From an uncultured Bacillota bacterium (GTDB lineage Bacteria > Bacillota_I > Bacilli_A > RF39 > UBA660), in NCBI GenBank assembly GCA_946541645.1, contig CAMNJS010000002.1, positions 1 through 60,188 of the forward strand: a stretch of 60,188 bases of DNA, in the 5' to 3' direction. Below are positions 55,269 to 60,188 of the stretch, one piece after another. Each line of letters opens with the position of its first letter. Position 1 is the first letter of the stretch. Below the pieces are notes generated by a model. The model saw only the letters and a program-made list of their open reading frames with translations. It was not told the origin of the DNA and did not search any database. A program made the position numbers and the translations under genes.

Positions 55269-56483
55269 TTAGTTATACATTATATCAATATCAACATAGT
55301 TATCTGTAATACCGTCTATTTTACCGTCATCGCATATTTGCCATACTTTGTATTTTCCTTCATAATTTGTTTGATTTGTATAATGAGCAAGCCATATGTC
55401 TGTATCTGGATTAGTCCATATTTTTTCTAAATAATATTTACTACTATACAGCATACCTTCGTATCCTGCTTTTTCTATTTCTTTTATAAAGGCGTTTGCG
55501 ATTTCAGTTAGGTGGTAAAAACTTAAATTATATTCTCTATATTTAGACCAGTTTTCCCAGTCAAATACTATAGGTAAATCTATTTTGTGTTTTTTTATTT
55601 GTTTTAAAACCCATTTAGCTTCTCTTTTTGCTTCTTCTTTACTATCTGCGTATGAAAAGAAATAAACTCCAACTTTGACATTTAAATCATTAAATCCTTT
55701 TATATTTTCTATGAATTTATCATCCAAATAATACTCACCATTTTTTCCTTTTTGACTTCCTACTCTTATAAAAACAAATTCTGCGCCGGCATCTTTTACT
55801 TTTTTATAATCTATATTGCCTTGGTGATGTGAAATGTCTATTCCTATTTTAGTATCTTTTGTTTTATGTTTGTTATATATATCAGTGAAGTTCGTTACTT
55901 TTTTAACTGTTTGGCTATTATTTTGCGTACTATTTCGTTTAGGGATGATATGGAGGGTAAAATCATTTTTTGATTCATTGCCTTCACTATCTACTGCTTT
56001 AAAGGTTAAATTGTAATCTCCTATTTCATTTAAATTATATTTTCCTATAATTTCACATGTAGGCCTGTCATCGTAATTATCACCACAGAAAAATTTACTA
56101 TTTAAATCTGTATTAGTGTTTTGATATAAGGTTATACTTTTTTGATAATTTATTAAAGGTGGAGTTTTATCTACAATGTTTATATTTATTTTATATGGTA
56201 CTTTTAAATTTTCTTCATTTATATATTCAAATTCTATTTCTTGGTTTCCTAATTTTGATGTATTTATTCTTTTGTTTTTAATTATTTTCCCATTTATTTT
56301 TTTTATTAAATCTTTTAGTTTTACCTTACTATATACTTCTATGTCTAGGTTATCTATTAGCTCTACTTTTATAATGGCATTTTTAATACGGTAATTTATA
56401 TATAATTTATATCCTAGCAGCATTAAGCCTATTATAATAACTATACTAATAAATATTTTAAATATTTTTTTCATATACATCAC
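55269..56483 (-). CDS. Membrane-anchored GH25 lysozyme with an Ig-like (DUF5011-type) domain
   Basis: N-terminal TM segment, an Ig-like module (DKTPP...CGDNYD...FKAVDSEGNES), and a GH25 domain (IGIDISHHQGNIDYKKVKDAGAEFVFIRVG, VFDWENW, WQICDDGKIDGI). The start is uncertain (56483 GTG, 56480 or 56474 ATG). Confidence 0.8.
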   Translation of the reverse strand: MMYMKKIFKIFISIVIIIGLMLLGYKLYINYRIKNAIIKVELIDNLDIEVYSKVKLKDLIKKINGKIIKNKRINTSKLGNQEIEFEYINEENLKVPYKININIVDKTPPLINYQKSITLYQNTNTDLNSKFFCGDNYDDRPTCEIIGKYNLNEIGDYNLTFKAVDSEGNESKNDFTLHIIPKRNSTQNNSQTVKKVTNFTDIYNKHKTKDTKIGIDISHHQGNIDYKKVKDAGAEFVFIRVGSQKGKNGEYYLDDKFIENIKGFNDLNVKVGVYFFSYADSKEEAKREAKWVLKQIKKHKIDLPIVFDWENWSKYREYNLSFYHLTEIANAFIKEIEKAGYEGMLYSSKYYLEKIWTNPDTDIWLAHYTNQTNYEGKYKVWQICDDGKIDGITDNYVDIDIMYN

Positions 56484-56512
56484 ATTTATATTTTACCACG
56501 TTTTTTAATTAT

Positions 56513-56538
56513 TAAAAAAAGGAAACTTAAATTTCCTT
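56513..56538 (-). terminator. Second terminator ~160 nt downstream of the rpoC terminator, just upstream of the GH25 promoter region
   Basis: Minus strand: aggaaa-tttaag-tttcct followed by ttttttt. Confidence 0.6.
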
Positions 56539-56544
56539 AATAAT

Positions 56545-56640
56545 TTAAATTAAACCAGCACACTGTATAGAGTATTTTTTTGGATGTGCTGGAGGGTCAT
56601 AAACCCCAGTAAGAGAACTATTTGTAATAATTCTCTTCAT
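56545..56640 (-). other. Relatively GC-rich structured element (three hairpins, two mutually exclusive); coincides with a 31-codon ORF lacking an RBS
   Basis: Hairpin A is 56555-56562 / 56585-56592 (ccagcaca/tgtgctgg). Hairpin B is 56589-56609 (ctgg.gg / cc.ccag) and shares ctgg with A. Hairpin C is 56611-56637 (aagagaa/ttctctt). Confidence 0.35.
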
Positions 56641-56698
56641 TGGAATTCGTGAAGTTAGTCAGTTATTTCTTTAGATACTATATTATTAAAATTATTTA

Positions 56699-56727
56699 AC
56701 AAAAAACTAATGGACTTAATCCATTAG
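56699..56727 (-). terminator. rpoC terminator
   Basis: Minus strand: ctaatgga-ttaag-tccattag followed by tttttt. The 5' arm encodes the last codons (LMD*). Confidence 0.7.
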
Positions 56728-59700
56728 TTCTTGTTCTAAAGCCTCTAGCGGTTCATCTTGCATAAGGTCATTTTCTAGGCTATATTCAGCATTTTTATAT
56801 TTTCTAGCTCCAGTACCTGCTGGTATTAGTTTACCAATTATAACGTTTTCTTTTAGACCATTTAAATGATCTACTCTTCCGTGTACAGCGGCATCAGTTA
56901 AGATTCTAGTAGTTTCTTGGAATGAAGCAGCTGATAGGAATGAATCTGTTTCTAGTGATGCTTTTGTTATACCTAATAGTACTGGTTTTCCAGTTGCTGG
57001 TTTTTTGCCATTTAGAAGTAAATTTTTGTTTTCTTCAGTAAATTCATTTATATTTATCATTGTTCCTGGCAAGAATAATGAATCTCCTGAATCGACAATT
57101 TTGATTTTTGAAATCATTCTTCTAGCCATTATTTCAACGTGTTTATCTGATATATCAACACCTTGTGAACGATATACTTTTTGTATTTCAAATAGAATAT
57201 ACTGCTGAACAGTAATAGGATCTGTTACAACTAGTAATTCTTTAGGGTTGATAGCTCCGTGTGTAAGTCTACTTCCGGCTTTAACTTCTTCTCCTACTTC
57301 AACGGCAAGTTTTGCTTCATAATTTGTTGTATGTTCTTTTGTTTCAACGTCGTTTTTAACGTAGATTTTGTAAGTTCCACCGTCTTCTTCTATTTTACTT
57401 ATAACACCATTAATTTCAGATATTGTAGCTTTACCTTTAGGGTTTCTAGCTTCAAATATTTCAGTAACACGTGGAAGACCTTGGGTGATATCATCTCCAC
57501 CGGCAACTCCACCTGTATTGAAGTTACGCATCGTAAGCTGCGTACCAGGTTCACCGATTGATTGAGCAGCCATAATACCAACAGCTTCACCGATTTCAAC
57601 GTCTGATCCTGTAGCTAAATTTCTTCCGTAACAGTGTTTACAAACACCGTGAGCGGTTTTACAAGTTAAAACGCTTCTTATTGGAACTTTAGTAATACCT
57701 GCTTTAACTATTTTTTCAGCTATTGCTTCTGTTATGTTTACGTCTTTATCAACTATAACTTCTTTAGTTTCAGGATGTAATATTTTTTTACTTGTATATC
57801 TTCCAATAATTCTTTCTTCAAGAGGCTCAATTAATGTGCCGTCTGTATTGTAAAATGCTTCGGCAATAATTCCTTGATCGGTTCCGCAGTTTTCTTCTTT
57901 AACAATGACATCTTGAACAACGTCAACAAGTCTTCTTGTTAAATATCCAGCATCGGCTGTTTTTAAGGCTGTATCTACGGCACCTTTACGTGTACCATGG
58001 GTTGATGTGAAGAATTCTGATACGGTAACACCTTCTGATAGTGATGATAATATTGGAATTTCAACGTAGTCACCACTTGGTTTACTCATAATTCCACGCA
58101 TGCCAGCCATTTGTCCGTACTGGTCAATAGAACCACGGGCTTTTGAATCAATCATCATGGTGATTGATGAATAAGGGTTTTCTTTTAGGGTTTTGTCTAG
58201 GTCAGCATATATTTTATCCTTAGCATCAAACCATGTTTGAATAACATTTTCATATCTTTCTTGATCAGTAATTAATCCACGCTTGAATTGTTTAGAAATA
58301 TTTTCAATTTTTTCTTTAGCTTCATTTATGATATCTTTTTTAACATTACTTTCTTTTACATCATCGATTGAAATACTAATACCTGATAATGTAGAATATT
58401 TAAATCCTAAATCTTTAATAGCGTCTAGGATAATTGAAGTTTCTGTTGTTTGATATCTTTTATATATTTGGGCAATTAGTCTAACTATTGCACCTTTATT
58501 GAATGCTTTGACTAAAGGCATGTTTTTTATTTCTTCTCTTATGTTTTTACCTTTATCTATAAAGTATTTTGATGGAGTAACTTTTGTTGCATTTTCTTCA
58601 CTTCCATCGTTTATATATTGGAAAGTATCTGGGAATATTTCATTAAATATGATTTTTCCTGGTGTGGTTACTAGATATTTATCCATGTATTTATCTGGGA
58701 ATATTTTGTGTCTAAATGACTTTACAGGAATAGCAATACGAGTATGAAGGGTTACTTCTCTTCTTTCGTATGCCATTCTAGCATCATTAGCGTTTCTAAA
58801 TACTCTGCCTTCACCTTCTTCGCCTTCTTTTTCCATTGTTAGGTAGTAGTTTCCTAGTACCATGTCTTGGCCTGGAGTGGCGATTGGTGAACCGTTTGCT
58901 GGAGATAATATGTTGTTGGCTGAAAGCATTAGTAATCTAGCTTCGGCTTGGGCAGCCTCGCTAATTGGAACGTGTACAGCCATTTGGTCTCCATCAAAGT
59001 CGGCATTGAAACCAGTACATACTAGTGGATGAAGTCTAATTGCTTTACCATCGATTAGTTTAGGTTCAAATGCTTGAATTGAAAGTCTATGTAGCGTTGG
59101 AGCACGGTTAAGTAAAACTGGGTGCTCTTTTATTTTTTCTTCAACAACATCCCATACTCTTTCGTCTTGATTTTCAATCATTCTTTTGGCAGCTTTAATA
59201 TTGCTTGCGATTTCTTTGGTTACAAGACCATTTATTACGTGCGGTTTAAATAGTTCTAGGGCCATTTCTTTAGGAATGCCACACTCATACATTTTAAGTG
59301 ATGGTCCTACAACGATAACTGAACGAGCTGAGTAGTCAACACGTTTACCTAATAAATTTTGACGGAAACGGCCTTGTTTTCCTTTTAACATGCTTGATAG
59401 TGATTTAAGAGGTCTATTTCCTGGGCCGGTTATATTTTTACCGCGTCTTCCATTATCGAATAAAGCATCTACGGCTTCTTGCAACATTCTTTTTTCATTT
59501 TGAATAATGATTGAAGGAGCTTGAAGTTCTATAAGTTTTTTAAGTCTATTATTTCTGTTGATGACTCTTCTATATAAATCATTTAAATCTGAGGTTGCGA
59601 ATCTACCACCATCTAGCTGAATCATCGGTCTAAGCTCTGGTGGAATTACTGGCAAGGCGTTTAAAATCATCCATTCTGGACGGTTTCCAGATTCAAGAAA

Positions 59701-60188
59701 AGCATCTAGAACATCTAATCTTTTAATTAATCTAATTCTTTTTTGACTAGATGTATCTTTTATTTCAGAAATTTCTTTTTTAATTTCGTTTACTTCTTTT
59801 TCTAAGTCAACTTCTTTTAGCAATTCTTCTATCGCTTCAGCCCCCATACCTACTCTAAATGTGTTTCCATATTTTTCATAGTAAGTACGGTAATCTTTAT
59901 CACTTATTGTTTGTTTTTTCTCAAGTGGGGTGTCACCTGGGTCTAAAACAACGTAAGATACGAAATATAATACTTCTTCTAGTTCTCTTGGTGACATATC
60001 AAGAACTAATCCCATTCTTGATGGAACACCTTTAAAGAACCATATATGAGAGACTGGTGTGGCAAGTTCAATGTGTCCCATACGTTCACGACGTACTTTA
60101 GACTTGGTAACTTCAACACCACATCTATCACAAATAATATTTTTATATCTTAATCTTTTATATTTACCACATGAACATTCAAAATCTT
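56716..60188 (-). CDS. rpoC: DNA-directed RNA polymerase beta' subunit (N-terminus outside window)
   Basis: The frame stays open beyond the Met at 60081 to the window edge ([43 protein letters not shown], the zinc-binding N-terminus). The catalytic [12 protein letters not shown] motif is present. Confidence 0.97.
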   Translation of the reverse strand, partial: DFECSCGKYKRLRYKNIICDRCGVEVTKSKVRRERMGHIELATPVSHIWFFKGVPSRMGLVLDMSPRELEEVLYFVSYVVLDPGDTPLEKKQTISDKDYRTYYEKYGNTFRVGMGAEAIEELLKEVDLEKEVNEIKKEISEIKDTSSQKRIRLIKRLDVLDAFLESGNRPEWMILNALPVIPPELRPMIQLDGGRFATSDLNDLYRRVINRNNRLKKLIELQAPSIIIQNEKRMLQEAVDALFDNGRRGKNITGPGNRPLKSLSSMLKGKQGRFRQNLLGKRVDYSARSVIVVGPSLKMYECGIPKEMALELFKPHVINGLVTKEIASNIKAAKRMIENQDERVWDVVEEKIKEHPVLLNRAPTLHRLSIQAFEPKLIDGKAIRLHPLVCTGFNADFDGDQMAVHVPISEAAQAEARLLMLSANNILSPANGSPIATPGQDMVLGNYYLTMEKEGEEGEGRVFRNANDARMAYERREVTLHTRIAIPVKSFRHKIFPDKYMDKYLVTTPGKIIFNEIFPDTFQYINDGSEENATKVTPSKYFIDKGKNIREEIKNMPLVKAFNKGAIVRLIAQIYKRYQTTETSIILDAIKDLGFKYSTLSGISISIDDVKESNVKKDIINEAKEKIENISKQFKRGLITDQERYENVIQTWFDAKDKIYADLDKTLKENPYSSITMMIDSKARGSIDQYGQMAGMRGIMSKPSGDYVEIPILSSLSEGVTVSEFFTSTHGTRKGAVDTALKTADAGYLTRRLVDVVQDVIVKEENCGTDQGIIAEAFYNTDGTLIEPLEERIIGRYTSKKILHPETKEVIVDKDVNITEAIAEKIVKAGITKVPIRSVLTCKTAHGVCKHCYGRNLATGSDVEIGEAVGIMAAQSIGEPGTQLTMRNFNTGGVAGGDDITQGLPRVTEIFEARNPKGKATISEINGVISKIEEDGGTYKIYVKNDVETKEHTTNYEAKLAVEVGEEVKAGSRLTHGAINPKELLVVTDPITVQQYILFEIQKVYRSQGVDISDKHVEIMARRMISKIKIVDSGDSLFLPGTMININEFTEENKNLLLNGKKPATGKPVLLGITKASLETDSFLSAASFQETTRILTDAAVHGRVDHLNGLKENVIIGKLIPAGTGARKYKNAEYSLENDLMQDEPLEALEQELMD

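Noticed and set aside
56545-56640. The 31-codon ORF downstream of rpoC as a remnant of rpsL or another ribosomal protein gene, since the str operon often follows rpoC.
   Set aside because: Only a vague VY..P.KK.S resemblance to S12 exists. It is too short and weak to support homology. The region is kept as a structural-RNA candidate instead.
1-60188. Search for CRISPR arrays, rRNA/tRNA genes, IS elements/transposases, reverse transcriptases and intact prophage genes.
   Set aside because: I saw no regularly spaced 25-40-nt repeats, no GC-rich cloverleaf-like or rRNA-like segments, and no transposase, integrase-with-att or RT motifs. The only recombinase is XerD-like.

Overview
This is a very AT-rich chromosomal segment, roughly a quarter to a third G+C by eye (not computed). 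It comes from a spore-forming low-GC Firmicute: spoIVB, spoIIM and a YjcZ-type spore peptide are present, and TGA is used as a stop codon. Finer taxonomy needs a database search. Bases 1-17.1 kb hold a partial GH25/cell-wall-binding lysin followed by a ~15.5-kb same-strand cell-wall glycopolymer locus. That locus encodes a TagGH-type ABC exporter, two dual-GT2 paralogs, DUF2142, DUF4422, an AT3 acyltransferase, a GtrB/GacI-like GT2 plus a DUF2304 partner, a Wzx-GT2 fusion, GT8, a DUF1972-GT4 and an SGNH hydrolase. The rest is mostly housekeeping:
- Sporulation and tRNA modification: spoIVB, spoIIM, mnmA, queH, trmK.
- Metal transport: a ZIP/ArsP_2 transporter pair.
- DNA and core functions: xerD, rarA, holA, gpmI, sigA, dnaG, def, smc and rpoC (partial).
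- Membrane and envelope: a heterodimeric ABC exporter, an anchored CE4 deacetylase, an FtsW/RodA-family protein, an ASST-like secreted protein, an ABC-F ATPase and a second GH25 lysozyme.
- Pilus and competence: a pilC-pilD pair with no ATPase or pilin nearby, and comEA-comEC.

No rRNA, tRNA, CRISPR array, transposase or intact prophage was seen. Two decayed genes (a dinD-like remnant and a DUF2726 remnant) mark eroded accessory DNA.

The items most worth follow-up are:
- an uncharacterised two-gene cassette (a degenerate PP2C-like protein plus a 122-aa protein) next to holA;
- the Wzx-GT2 fusion within a GacIJKL-like side-chain module;
- the orphan pilC-pilD pair, whose PilC carries an N-terminal membrane extension;
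- a ~190-aa extracytoplasmic insert in one ABC exporter half;
- a relatively GC-rich structured element between two terminators downstream of rpoC;
- two small ORFs missing from the ORF track (a YjcZ-like peptide and a 29-aa hydrophobic peptide).

All family assignments come from motif recognition by eye and need HMM or BLAST confirmation.
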